Source: Methanomassiliicoccales archaeon (GTDB lineage Archaea; Thermoplasmatota; Thermoplasmata; Methanomassiliicoccales; JACIVX01). Taken from it: a stretch of 64,000 bases of DNA. The translations under genes and the position numbers were made by a program. The stretch's first letter is position 1. Each line of letters starts with the position of its first letter. The notes beneath the pieces were generated by a model that was not told the DNA's origin, searched no databases, and worked only from the letters and a program-made list of their open reading frames with translations. This document shows, one piece after another, positions 18,085-29,500 of the stretch. Location of the stretch: contig JACIVX010000001.1 of the NCBI GenBank assembly GCA_014361295.1, forward strand, positions 1,522,359 through 1,586,358. The letters are read 5' to 3'.

Positions 18085-19388
18085 GAAATACACCTTCTTG
18101 CGATTTCCATCGAAATGGTCTTGAGCCTTGTAAGCGCCTCTTCCGTACGCGCTTCGACTGTAATCCTTATTTTTGGCTCCGTTCCAGATAATCGAATGAG
18201 GAACCAACCATCTGAGAATTCGGCTCTGAATCCATCCACCGTTAACAGATTATCGCACTTCACCTTTTCAATTTCTTGCGCGAGCGTTCTTTCGATTTCC
18301 TTTCTTCTCGTACGATCGAAATTGAAAGAACCTCTAAATGAGGGGTAGTTTGGCAACGAGTCAACGATCTCAGAAATCCTGTTTTCAGAGGCGATTTTAA
18401 CCAGTAGAGCAGCGGCATAGATCCCGTCGGGACAGAGCGAATTCTTCGCGAAAATGAATGTTCCCGAGGGTTCTCCGCCAAACTCGATCCCCGTTCGCTT
18501 CATCATGTTCGAGACATACGCATCGCCAACCCTTGTCCTCACGACTTTACCTTCAACCAATTCGTCGATGACCATCGAGGAATCGATCGTCGTCACCACT
18601 TCCTTTTCTCCGAACATCGCGGTCAGGAGAGCAAGCAATTTGTCGCCCCCGATGAATCGTCCTTTCTCGTCGATCATCACAACCCGATCGCCATCACCGT
18701 CGTGAGCGATGCCGATATCGGCATTCTCGCTGAGCACGATATCTTTCAATCGTACCAATTGATCTTCGGTCGGTTCGGGTGATCTTCCGGGGAAAAAACC
18801 ATCCGGGTGTGAATTGATTGAAACGACACTGCAACCGAGTTCCCTCAGAAGGCGGGGTGTGATGGTAGAGGTGGCGCCGCATCCGCAATCAACGACAACT
18901 TTTGCCGTAATCGGACCGACAAGTTTTGAAATGATTTCAATGTGAGATTCGACCGCGCCCTCATGTGTGTACTTCGTTCCAACACTTCTCCAGTCGGCTC
19001 TTTTGAACTTCAGCTCTCTAACCGCGTTTTCGATGTCCTCCATCTGATCATCATCGAATGAAGATCCATCTGGATTCCACATCTTGATTCCGTTGTATTC
19101 TGGTGGGTTGTGAGATGCGGTGATCATTAAACCGCAATCGTAATTCTTTGTCGCATGTGCAAGTGTAGGCGTTGGTATCATACCGACATCGTAAACATCG
19201 CCGCCACATGACATGATTCCAGATGAGAGAGCACAAGCGATCATGTCCCCGCTTGTTCGAACATCCTTCCCGATGACGACTCTGCGATACTGACCGCCGA
19301 TGGCAGCTCCCACCGCCCGTGCCAAATCGATTGTCATTTCATGATTGACAATCCCGCGGATACCTGAAGAGCCGAAAAGTGATGTCAC
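18081..19388 (-). CDS. glmM: phosphoglucosamine mutase / phosphohexomutase
   Basis: LFGSSGIRGIV, the active-site loop TASHNPPEYNGIK and the metal loop AHDGDGDR. Confidence 0.85.
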   Translation of the reverse strand: MTSLFGSSGIRGIVNHEMTIDLARAVGAAIGGQYRRVVIGKDVRTSGDMIACALSSGIMSCGGDVYDVGMIPTPTLAHATKNYDCGLMITASHNPPEYNGIKMWNPDGSSFDDDQMEDIENAVRELKFKRADWRSVGTKYTHEGAVESHIEIISKLVGPITAKVVVDCGCGATSTITPRLLRELGCSVVSINSHPDGFFPGRSPEPTEDQLVRLKDIVLSENADIGIAHDGDGDRVVMIDEKGRFIGGDKLLALLTAMFGEKEVVTTIDSSMVIDELVEGKVVRTRVGDAYVSNMMKRTGIEFGGEPSGTFIFAKNSLCPDGIYAAALLVKIASENRISEIVDSLPNYPSFRGSFNFDRTRRKEIERTLAQEIEKVKCDNLLTVDGFRAEFSDGWFLIRLSGTEPKIRITVEARTEEALTRLKTISMEIARRCIS

Positions 19389-19663
19389 GTCAGATCGCCA
19401 TGAAAAGGAAAATCGCCGGAAATAAAACTTTTCAATCGCAATTCTTGTTATTAGGAGTGTCGTGAAAACGAATGAGGTTGTTTGCCAGTATTATCCATAT
19501 ATCTGGATTTTTGATTCGGCGAGAGATAGATTTTTAAAAGGAATAGGTACTGGATAAAGAGCATTATAGGAAAAATTTTATATATGAGCATAAAGCATTA
19601 CATACCAGTCATGTGGCCATTTACTGGCCGAAACTGACTCACGAAACATAGGAGGGAAAAGAA

Positions 19664-19888
19664 TTGGTAATGGAACAAATAAGCCTGGATAAGGCAAAAG
19701 AAATTGCAAAGAAGAAAGGATTGAAGCCCGGACGTGTCAAGGGAACAAATGGTGTCCAATTCACAAAAGGAAGCAATCCCCGCCTCGAGATCATCTCATG
19801 GGAAGAATTTGAAAAGACGCTCGCGAAGAGAGGACTTGCCGTATACGAGAGCGGCGGCTGGATGAAAATCATGAAGAAATCCAAGTAA
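19664..19888 (+). CDS. hypothetical small basic protein
   Basis: 74-aa ORF preceded by GGAGGG and followed by T-rich terminator-like sequence. No motif recognised. Confidence 0.45.
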   Translation: MVMEQISLDKAKEIAKKKGLKPGRVKGTNGVQFTKGSNPRLEIISWEEFEKTLAKRGLAVYESGGWMKIMKKSK

Positions 19889-20001
19889 TTTTTCTTTTCT
19901 TTGTTTTTCTCTTATCTTGGTCTTTCTTGATAATTTTGTTTTGAGTTATTTTTCCGAAAAATGAGTTCACATTTCATCTCGAATCAGATCGTTTTTGGTT
20001 A

Positions 20002-20451
20002 TTATGCCATCTTGATGAGGAGCCAGTTCTTCCCTTCTTTTTCTTTTCCCTTAAATCTGATCAGCGCGTATTGCCCTTTCAGTTTCGCCCCCTCAATATT
20101 AATAACGATTCTGTCAGGGGTTCTCTCGATAAGATCAAATTCTCCTCTATCCCAGATCTTCACTTCCCCAGAACCATACTGACCCTCGGGAATCACACCT
20201 TCGAAATCAAGATATTCAATCGGATGATCTTCTGTCTCGACGGCGAGACGCCTGACGCCTTTTTCCAAAGGTACACCTTTTGGAACGGCCCAACTCTTCA
20301 GGACGCCGTCAAGGGAAAGACGAAAATCGAAATGCAGATGAGAGGCATGATGTTCTTGAACGACAAACTCACCCTCAATCCCTTGAACGCTTCCCTCTGG
20401 CTCTGGGGTTATGATGAAATCTCTCTTTTTCTTGTATTCGTCGAGCGCCAT
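20002..20451 (-). CDS. stand-alone LigD-type 3'-phosphoesterase (PE) domain protein
   Basis: FVVQEHHASHLHFDFRL, SWAVPKG and GEVKIWDRG match the LigD PE domain. 149 aa with no ligase or polymerase domain attached. Confidence 0.8.
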   Translation of the reverse strand: MALDEYKKKRDFIITPEPEGSVQGIEGEFVVQEHHASHLHFDFRLSLDGVLKSWAVPKGVPLEKGVRRLAVETEDHPIEYLDFEGVIPEGQYGSGEVKIWDRGEFDLIERTPDRIVINIEGAKLKGQYALIRFKGKEKEGKNWLLIKMA

Positions 20452-20488
20452 CTATCTCAATATGTTGAATTTGACGAACTCCTATAAA

Positions 20489-23400
20489 TCAAGCGTCCTC
20501 GTTTGTTGCTTTGCCTTTGTTCATCTTCTCGGCGGTGATCTTGTTAACCGCGTCGATCAATTCCTTCATCGAATAGGGTTTCGGCAGTACACCCGAAAAC
20601 CCGAAGCGCCCATATTCAGCCATTACCGGGTCGTTGGAATACCCACTCGACACGATCGCCTTCACATTTGGATCAATCTCGAGGAGCTCCTTCATCGCCT
20701 CCTTCCCACTCATCCCCTCCCTGACGATAAGATCCATGATGACGATATCGAAGGGTTTCCCCTCTTTTATCGCCCGTTTATACTTTTCAATCGTCTCTCT
20801 GCCCTCTTTGCTACAATCGACCTCGTACCCCGCCTGCTTGAGCATTTCGCTTATGACTTCTAAAATATCCTCTTCATCATCCATCAATAGAATCCTGAGG
20901 GCTTTCGTTGAAGCTGGAGTTTCAACTTGCTCCATGGTCTTCGTTTCAATCTTCTTATTGTTTGCTGCTGGGAGATAAATACGAAAAACAGTGCCTTTGC
21001 CGATTTCCGATTCAACTTCGATGTGTCCACCGTGCTTTTTGACAACGGAGTGGGCAACTGAAAGGCCGAGCCCCTTACCATGTGTCTTTGTCGTGAAGAA
21101 GGGATCGAAGATCCGCGACAAGTTCTCTGGTGGTATGCCGATTCCACTGTCCACGACTGATACGATAACGTATTGAGATTGAATCGCGAATGTTGAATTG
21201 TCTAGATTATAATCGCTGTTCCTCGCGGTGATCGTGATCTTCCCTCCACCAGGCATCGCTTCATGTGCATTCATGATAATGTTCGCGAGAACCTGCATCA
21301 TCTGGCCTTTATCGACATCGACGGGACTGACATTATCATCGATGGCGAGATCATATTCGACACTTGGGTTCACAGGGACGAGTTTCAGTGCGCCTTCGAT
21401 AATTTCCTTAACCTCGGTGACCTCCTTGATCGGCTCGCCGCCCTTCGAGAAAGTGAGTAGTTGCTGCGTGAGATTTCTGGCTGTCCAGATACTTCTTTCA
21501 GTCGCTGTAAGTCTCTGGTATGCGACTGTATTCTCTGGCATATTCAATTTTGCCAGTGCAATATTGCTCAAGATCGCTGTGAAGAGATTGTTAAATTCGT
21601 GGGCGATACCGCCCGCAAGCATGCCGATCGACTCCAGTTTCTGGATTTTGATGACCTCGTTCATTAACTTGATCCGATCCGTAATATTGAGACCCACACT
21701 CTGGATCTCTATCAAACGGCCATCATCATCGAATATCCCTCTGTGTGTCCACAGTATCCAAGCTCTTTCACCTCTGTGATCGAGAACTTCGACTTCACTC
21801 GAAGTCACGGGAAGGCTCGGCGAGAGCTTGCCGATTGAATTTCCAAGCAATTCTCTGTCCTTATTAGCGATTCTTTGAAGAAATGGAGTTCCGATGAGCT
21901 CTCTTTCCTCTTTTCCGAAAAACTTGCAGAAAGCTGGATTCACAAAAGCGATCGTGCCATCGGGTCGATGTCGAACAATGAGCTCAGTCTGGTCTTCCAC
22001 AACGCTTCGATAACGTTTTTCGCTTTCGACCAGGTCTTTCTCAATTCTTTTCCTTTCAGCAATTTCCGACTGTAGCTCCTTGTTGATTATTTCGAGTTCT
22101 TTTGTTCTTTCTCTCACTAAATCTTCGAGATGTTCGCGATATTTCTGCAATTCTGATTCGATTCTCTTCTCCTCCGTAACGTCTCTGCCAACGAGCTGAT
22201 ATTCGACCACCACGCCATTTTGGTCAAAAATGCCCGTCTGTGCCGATCGCATCCATCTTATACCGTTTGGGGTAGTGACAGGATGATCATAAGCAACGGT
22301 TGGATGATCAGGTGAAAGAGATCTGGAAGATGTGATCAGGGTCTGCTTGTAATCATCAGGTATGAGCGAAAGAAATGATTCCCCTATAATAGCCTCCCGG
22401 TTCCTATTCAAATATCTGCAAAATGCGTCGTTTGCGAAAGTGATTACAAAGTCTGGTGTGAACCGGCAGATGTTTTCAGTCTGTTGTTCAACAATCGCCC
22501 TGTATCGTTGCTCACTTTCTTCGAGATAAGCGCGTGCGTGTTCAAGAGATTCGATCATTCGATTGATGTTCGTCGCAAGCGAGGAAATCTCGTCGTCACC
22601 ATTCACGGAGACGCGCCCAGACGGATTCTTTGATGATGCGATGCCAACAACTTCCTTTTCTAAATTATTCAATCTCGAAATAATACGGCTTTCGAGCAGA
22701 TCGATCGTCAAGATCCCAAGCATTAGGCTGACAACGGCAAAGGAGCTGAGTATATATAATAGGGTGATTTGTCCCTGTTGGAATATGTGTCGAGGAAGTT
22801 CCGCTCTGAATATGAGTGCGTTGTTCCCGTAAATGTCCTTTACGGAAAGATAGCCCGCGACGATTTCTCCGCTCAGCGGCAAAATCGTCATACCTGTACT
22901 GTTCAATTCAGAAAACTCCGTTTCGCCGAGTTCTAGATACCCTTGCAATTCTTCTGAAGTGCGATATGAAAGCGTGAGGGATGTGGCATTTTCCATGAAG
23001 CGTAACATCGCATCGTCAAGCCAGCGCCCCATCAATAAAGTTCCCATTGGAGGTCCTTCCCCATTGCTTTTGAGGATCGGGCACGCGGCAATCAAAAGCG
23101 TTCCAGATTCTAAGTTGAGAAAGCCAGTAACCCTATTCTCCTCTTGATTTGATCTGAAGATCAACCCCTCTGGAGCCAGATGTGCCATAATGTCCTCGGG
23201 AAATTGAATATCATCGTAAGTATCGGTGGAATAAACATTGGTGTAGACAGCGCTCCCCGAGAGATTGAGAAAAACTATAATGTTAATGTCAAGTGACACA
23301 AAGGTCTCAGCCAACAAGTTTGAGGCGACATATTCCTCGTTCCGATCCTGAATGAATCGGTACGTGTCATTCCACATCGACCAGTCGATCGCTATCGATT

Positions 23401-23590
23401 CAAGGTTTGATTGCTCTCTAGAAATGACATTTTCTAGTCGCTCAAGACTCTCGGTCACTTCCCTTCTTTCAAGGTGCGCGAAGCTCTGGGTTAAAATTGC
23501 TGAGGACACTGCATAAAGGACGAGAAAGAAGCCCGAAATGACCGCGATTGTCAAAATCAGCGTTCTTTTTCTGATCTTTCCCAATTTCAT
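20489..23590 (-). CDS. hybrid sensor histidine kinase (TM-CHASE4-like-TM-HAMP-PAS-PAS-HisKA-HATPase-REC)
   Basis: N-terminal TM then a periplasmic-type domain with WSMWNDTYRFIQD (CHASE4-like). Two PAS-like repeats, the H-box GGIAHEFNNL, ATPase G-boxes (DSGIGI, GKGLGL) and a C-terminal receiver (LLMDDEE...IVIMDL...KP). Confidence 0.85.
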   Translation of the reverse strand: MKLGKIRKRTLILTIAVISGFFLVLYAVSSAILTQSFAHLERREVTESLERLENVISREQSNLESIAIDWSMWNDTYRFIQDRNEEYVASNLLAETFVSLDINIIVFLNLSGSAVYTNVYSTDTYDDIQFPEDIMAHLAPEGLIFRSNQEENRVTGFLNLESGTLLIAACPILKSNGEGPPMGTLLMGRWLDDAMLRFMENATSLTLSYRTSEELQGYLELGETEFSELNSTGMTILPLSGEIVAGYLSVKDIYGNNALIFRAELPRHIFQQGQITLLYILSSFAVVSLMLGILTIDLLESRIISRLNNLEKEVVGIASSKNPSGRVSVNGDDEISSLATNINRMIESLEHARAYLEESEQRYRAIVEQQTENICRFTPDFVITFANDAFCRYLNRNREAIIGESFLSLIPDDYKQTLITSSRSLSPDHPTVAYDHPVTTPNGIRWMRSAQTGIFDQNGVVVEYQLVGRDVTEEKRIESELQKYREHLEDLVRERTKELEIINKELQSEIAERKRIEKDLVESEKRYRSVVEDQTELIVRHRPDGTIAFVNPAFCKFFGKEERELIGTPFLQRIANKDRELLGNSIGKLSPSLPVTSSEVEVLDHRGERAWILWTHRGIFDDDGRLIEIQSVGLNITDRIKLMNEVIKIQKLESIGMLAGGIAHEFNNLFTAILSNIALAKLNMPENTVAYQRLTATERSIWTARNLTQQLLTFSKGGEPIKEVTEVKEIIEGALKLVPVNPSVEYDLAIDDNVSPVDVDKGQMMQVLANIIMNAHEAMPGGGKITITARNSDYNLDNSTFAIQSQYVIVSVVDSGIGIPPENLSRIFDPFFTTKTHGKGLGLSVAHSVVKKHGGHIEVESEIGKGTVFRIYLPAANNKKIETKTMEQVETPASTKALRILLMDDEEDILEVISEMLKQAGYEVDCSKEGRETIEKYKRAIKEGKPFDIVIMDLIVREGMSGKEAMKELLEIDPNVKAIVSSGYSNDPVMAEYGRFGFSGVLPKPYSMKELIDAVNKITAEKMNKGKATNEDA

Positions 23591-23922
23591 CTGGATCCCC
23601 TCATTTCTGGGAACTCCATTTCCTCAGCGCTCCAGCATGTCTCTCGCAATCACAAAAATCGAGCGTTGATATTTATTCGTTCACTTCTCATTACCAATTT
23701 TGATACCCATCTGGCTATTCATGATTCTCATATAGAATTAGCGCCTGTCGCCAGAGAATCGTTGGTGATTTAAGATCGATCCCAAATGCTCAATAAGGTC
23801 GTTTAAATGAAATGTCCGGATTACAAAATGAAGCGGCGTGAACTTGAGCCCTAGGTACTCATGGGTTGAGTATTCGGTAAGGTTTTAGTATCGCGACGAT
23901 ATCTCTCTTTCTTAATTTGGCT

Positions 23923-24007
23923 GCAGGGATAACCAAGCCTGGCCAACGGTGCGAGATTCAGGGTCTCGTCGCGTAGGCGTTCGGGGGTTCAAATCCTCCT
24001 CCCTGCA
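23923..24007 (+). tRNA. tRNA-Leu(CAG), long variable arm
   Basis: Acceptor GCAGGGA/TCCCTGC, anticodon stem CGAGA/TCTCG with loop TTCAGGG, 14-nt variable arm (CGC-GTAG-GCG), T arm GGGGG-TTCAAAT-CCTCC, discriminator A. Confidence 0.9.
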
Positions 24008-24233
24008 CTGTCTTTATTCTCATTTAATCTGCTAGAATGATTCTTTGATCGCGCGATTTTGGTGTTTTTTGGCACTAAAGGAACTCAGGTGGTAGGCCAC
24101 GCATCTGGTTATAGAATCGGCCGTGAACGCCTTTTAAAGTCCAATGGTGATTTCAGATTCCTTTCGATGTTCCACCCCAAAAATACGCAAATTGTATAAG
24201 GGGAGGTATCAATGATCGATTATTGGTGATATC

Positions 24234-24689
24234 ATGAAAGTCCTGGTCGTTTATGATACGTCGTATGGGAATACAGAAAAGATTGCTTTGTCCATATGCG
24301 CTGGCATGAAGGAAGTGGGCCTTAACGATGTAACTTGCAAGAAAGCGGACTCAGTCGTCATCGATGACTTCAAATCTGCAGATGTTTGGGTTTTAGGAAG
24401 CCCCACTCATGTTGGAAGTGCGACTGGAACGATCAAGAAAGTTTTGAAATCTGCGATTAAGACTGGCGCGTCCGGAAAGATCGGAGTGGCATTTGATACG
24501 AGATTCGACAAGGCCACGAAAGGCGGCACTCAGAAGATTCAGAAAATGATGGAACGTGCTGGAATGAAAATTGCCGTTCCAGGGGAATGGTTCATCGTCG
24601 AGAACATGAAAGGACCTCTTGCACCTGGAGAAGAGGCCAAAGCGGTTACTTTCGGACGAAAAATCGCAGGTGCGATCAGACAGAAATGA
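24234..24689 (+). CDS. flavodoxin-family protein
   Basis: MKVLVVYDTSYGNTEKIA FMN-phosphate loop pattern. 151 aa. Confidence 0.7.
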   Translation: MKVLVVYDTSYGNTEKIALSICAGMKEVGLNDVTCKKADSVVIDDFKSADVWVLGSPTHVGSATGTIKKVLKSAIKTGASGKIGVAFDTRFDKATKGGTQKIQKMMERAGMKIAVPGEWFIVENMKGPLAPGEEAKAVTFGRKIAGAIRQK

Positions 24690-24703
24690 TTCGTCATTCT
24701 CAT

Positions 24704-26026
24704 TCATAGATAAGTAGCATGGGGACCTTCTTGTTCTGACGGTCCCTTTTCCACATCGAGGATCAGCAGAATGATGACAGCACACAGCACGAAAAGTGAT
24801 GCGATGACGAATGTCGCAAAGAAACCGAAATACTCAGCTACGATACCCCCGATGAACGATCCCGTGATCGATCCAAGACCTTGGATTGCATTGTAGATAC
24901 CGAGAGATTCTGTTCGAAATTCCGAGTACGACATGTTTGAGACGAGCGCGTTTCCCGCGACGCTGAGGTTTGCCCAGCAAAAACCGATGAGTCCGTGAAG
25001 GATGCAAAGAGCGATGATTAGCCATTCTTTGGTGAGAGGAAGGAAGGTGACAGCGAAGAAAGACGGAAAAAGCACGATCCTTCCGGCAAAGGCGGCCGCT
25101 TGCATCTTCTTCCCGCCATAACGTGCAACCCATTTCCCGGCAATCGAGTAGGTGATTGCTGAGACCGCCGAACTTGCGAGAAAAACGACGAAAACCTCTG
25201 AGTTAGAAATACCAACATAGTTTCTCAGATAAATTGGAAGACCCACATAGAACGTGAGAAAACCCGTGAATGCAAGAAATGTCATGATGTAATACTTTCT
25301 CAGATTTGAAGGGAAATTTCGTATGTTGAGATTTTTTGTACTGATTCTCAGAACATGAAGAAGCCTGTGAGGAAAATATCTGACTTTCTCGAAGACGATG
25401 ATTGGCTGTTCCGAAATACTTCTATCGATGTGTTCTCTTCTGAGTTTCTCTTCAGGCTCAGGAACCCATTTCAACGCGAGGAATAACGATGCGAGGGCGA
25501 GCAAGCTCGCGACGAGGAAGAGCGCTCGTAAGGAAAAAACTGATTCTTTTGCCCCTGGCATGAATTCCAGCCATAAAGAACCTAGTATGAGACCGGCGAC
25601 CCATCCGATACCGCCAACCTTGCTGAAATCTCCTAGTCTTCTTGCCCATTCATGCTTTCCAAACGATTCAAGAACGAGGACAGTGCCAACAGGTGCTGCG
25701 GCACTTGCAAGGAGACCGAAGAAGAAGTTGGCGAGATAATATGACGGAATGGTCGTGGAAATCGCCATCATGAACAATGCAAACGCCATACCTCCGAATC
25801 CGATGAGGACGAAGGGGCGACGTTTTTTCGTTGTATCGGACAAATTTCCCCAGAGAATATTGGCCGGAACAGAGGCGATCGATGAAATAGCACTGACAAT
25901 GCCCACCTGAGTTAGACTACCCTTGAGCCCCTCAGTAACAAAGAGGGGAATAAGTGGAGAGGTGCTTCCACCTGCAATGTTGTATGGCAAGAATGTGTAG
26001 TACCAGCTCTCTTCGTTCTTCTTCAT
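24704..26026 (-). CDS. MFS transporter
   Basis: About 12 hydrophobic segments with an MFS-like loop (LSDTTKKRRPF). Start moved to Met21 of the track ORF. Confidence 0.7.
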   Translation of the reverse strand: MKKNEESWYYTFLPYNIAGGSTSPLIPLFVTEGLKGSLTQVGIVSAISSIASVPANILWGNLSDTTKKRRPFVLIGFGGMAFALFMMAISTTIPSYYLANFFFGLLASAAAPVGTVLVLESFGKHEWARRLGDFSKVGGIGWVAGLILGSLWLEFMPGAKESVFSLRALFLVASLLALASLFLALKWVPEPEEKLRREHIDRSISEQPIIVFEKVRYFPHRLLHVLRISTKNLNIRNFPSNLRKYYIMTFLAFTGFLTFYVGLPIYLRNYVGISNSEVFVVFLASSAVSAITYSIAGKWVARYGGKKMQAAAFAGRIVLFPSFFAVTFLPLTKEWLIIALCILHGLIGFCWANLSVAGNALVSNMSYSEFRTESLGIYNAIQGLGSITGSFIGGIVAEYFGFFATFVIASLFVLCAVIILLILDVEKGPSEQEGPHATYL

Positions 26027-26589
26027 CGCACCCCATCCTGCATTTTTCCTAAGAGATTGAAGCCGAGTATAATGAGATCCCTTCAATAATCTTTCCTAAG
26101 GTGCCGTTGGCTTCATCGAGTTCCAGAAAATAAATTATCCAGACATCTGACCTTCTGTATCTCAGACTCGTATCTCTTGAAAAAATATGATGCCATGAGG
26201 AATCATGAATCTGCTGGGTGATTTGCTTTCATGCGAAGACTTCATTAAAGCTGAAAAATAAGCCCTTAAAATTGCCTTCTGCAATCGGGCCTTGCGCGAT
26301 ATCGAATATCGCGTTTTGAAACAAAGAATCAATCCTTCGTTTGATACTCTTTATATTCATTGTCTGTGATAGAAAACCTACCAATTTGTCGCTTGCTATT
26401 GCATCATAGTGGTTTTCTTAAAAATAGCCAATACCTTTTCATAATATGAGAAGATTTACCTAACATTTAAATATCAAAGAATAAATAACAAAATTGTCCG
26501 ACAACCGTCGGACTAATGGGATGGGATGTGAAAGTGCTTGTTAATTCATCGAGCAGAGTCTTTTTGTCGCCTCTTAGCGGGGGAATCAT

Positions 26590-29500
26590 ATGTTCTTGAA
26601 GCAAATTGAACTGGAAAATTTCAAGTCTTTCGGTAAGAAGATGACGATCCCCCTCCTTGAAGGGTACACTGCCGTGACGGGACCAAATGGATCTGGAAAG
26701 TCGAATATCTCGGATGCGATTCTTTTTGTGCTAGGTCCGAAAAGTTCAAGGGCGATTCGGGCTGGTAAACTCACAGATCTCATTTTCAACGGCGGCAATT
26801 CAAAACAGCCAGCAACATATACAAAAGTCTCGCTCATTTTTGACAACAAAGACAGGCTCATCCCAATCGATTCTGATACTGTCAAGCTGACAAGACTCGT
26901 CAAACTCTCAGATGCTGGAGATGGTTACAATTCGTATTTCTATGTCAATGATCGAAAGTCAACACTGACAGAGTTTGAATCGCTGTTATCGCACGCAAGA
27001 ATTAGCGCTGATGGATACAACTTTGTTCAGCAAGGCGATGTGACGAAGATCGTTGAAATGTCAAATGTTGAGAGAAGAAGGATCCTCGATGATATTTCTG
27101 GTATCAGCAGGTATGATGAAGAAATAGCAAAGGCAGAAAATGAAAGAAAGGAAGCGGAGCAGAATATTGAGAGAATCACCATCATCATGAATGAGCTTGA
27201 AAAGCAGATCGAGCAACTTAAGGGGGAAAGGGAATCGGCGCTCAAATATCTCGAAATCAAAAACACACTCAGTCTTTCAAAAGCGCAGCTCGCGCACAAG
27301 AGGAGAGAAAGTGTTCTCACTGAGATCGATTCGATAAAAAACCAGATCGAACAATATAATCGGGAACTCAACGATCATCAGTTGAGAAAGGACGAAATAT
27401 CAAAAAAGATCAGTGAAATGGAACTTAGAATAAAAGAAATCGAAGACGAAGCGTCGAAAAAAGGCGGAGAAAGCTTCAAAGAACTCAAGGAAAAGATCGA
27501 CTTTGCGAAGATCCAAATCGCCAGGTTGCGCGATCAAGCCGAAAGAGCTCTGGAAAGTGCAAAAGAAATTGAAGAATCTCTGCAAAGTAAGAAAGAGGAA
27601 AGAGAACAGCTTTCTCCCGAAGTCGAACGACTGGAAAGCGAGTTGAAGAATCTGGATTTGCAGTTGCAGAGCAAGTCTGAATTACTCTCGTCAAAGAAAC
27701 AAGCTCTTGAAGAGATTCAAAACAGAGTTGGCGCGTTCGACGAAGAACTTCAATCGTTGCAGCAGAGGATCTCCTCTCTCGAAGAGGAGATCAAAGTAAA
27801 AGAGGAGAATCTCCACGCGCTTTCGATGGAACGGGAAAGGCTGGAGGAGAAAAAGGGCAGGATTGAATCAGAGATTTCCCTCCTCGAGGAATCGAGAAAG
27901 AGCCTCGAGTTTGAAATCAACGACGCTGAATGGAATATCAGGGCTCTCAGGAGCGCTGATAAAGATTCAATGAAAGAAGTCAAAGCGCTCCAGGAGCAGT
28001 ATCTTTCGAAGAAGAATCTCGAGTCGAAATTGAGCCGTCAGGCGGATGAGCTTGAGCAGGCAATTCAGCGTCTTACTCGAGAATACAATCATTTGAAAGC
28101 TGAGCAGGAAGCTGTCGAGAATGTCGCGAAGGGCTACACACGCGCGGTTCGCAGCATCCTTGAAGCGCGTGATCGAAGGGAGCTCAAGGGAATTCACGGG
28201 ACGATTGCAGAGCTCGCTGAGGTCGACGAAAAATACCAAACGGCGCTGAATGTCGCCGCAGGCGCGAGAATGCAGTCAATTGTTGTTGACGATGATGAGG
28301 TGGCCGCACAGGCGATCGAATATTTGAAAAAGAATAATCTTGGCAGGGCGATCTTTTTACCGCTCAACAAGATGCTCGATGGAAAGCCAAGGGGTAAGGC
28401 GATTCTTGCAGAAAAGGAATCCCTCGGTTACGCGATTGATCTTGTGAAATTCGACGAAAAGTACAGGCCCGCATTCTGGTACGTCTTCGGCGACACGGTT
28501 GTTATGGAAACGCTCGAAAAGGCAAGAAAGTTCATGGGAGGAGTACGCCTCGTGACGCTCGAGGGTGAGCTGCTGGAGGCCTCCGGTGCGATGATCGGGG
28601 GAACGATCGAGGGAACTCAGCTCAAATTCGGGTCTGCCTCAAAGAGCAAGCTTGACGAAATCGGTGAAGAGTTGAGAAAGGCAACCGACGAGGCTGAGAA
28701 AGTCGGGGAGGAGTTAAGAAAGGTCAGGGCTGAACTCATTGAAATCGAAAATAGGATCCGCGAATTGAATAGTGCGGGTGGCGCAAACGATGTGCGGCTG
28801 AAAGCCCTCGAGTCAAGAAAAGAAGAGGTCAAGGCAAGGTTGCTCAAAGTCAAGAGCGATCTCGAGACGAGAAGGAAGGAGAAGGAAGAAGTTGAGAAAT
28901 CCCTTACATCTATTGCAGAGAAAATAGATCTGCTGACGAAGGAAATCGTCGAGGCTGTTGAACTCAAAGAACAGGAAAAGAAAAGGATGTGCGATCTCGC
29001 ACCGATGGATCTTTCGAAAAAGCTTAAGATTCTTCAGGGGGAAGTCGTCGAACTTATCAACGAAGTCTCTGAGCTAAAATCCCAGAGAGAAGCGATCTCA
29101 GGGAAGTTACATCTGGTCAGGAGAAGACTCGAAGATCTTGACGCCATGGAGGCAGAGGCGAAAGAAAAAATCGAAAAATTGACGAGCGAAGCGAAGGAAG
29201 CAACGGAGAAAGAACAGCGGTTCAGGGTCGAGCTCACGGCGTTACTCAAGATCGAAGAGTCGATGGGCAAGGAGATCAACGAGCTGAGAGAGAAGAGAGA
29301 TGCGCTGTTCAAGGAGAAAACGAATCTCGAGGCAGAGAAAGATAAATTGCAATCGAAGATCGAAACGATCAAAGATTTCTCCGTCGGATTGACGACAAAA
29401 CTGGCTGTCGCGGAGGATAAACTCAAGGAGATCGACGAGGAAATCAAACAATACAATGTCCAAATCGTCTATCCCTTACCTTCATCAGAATCGTTAAAGG

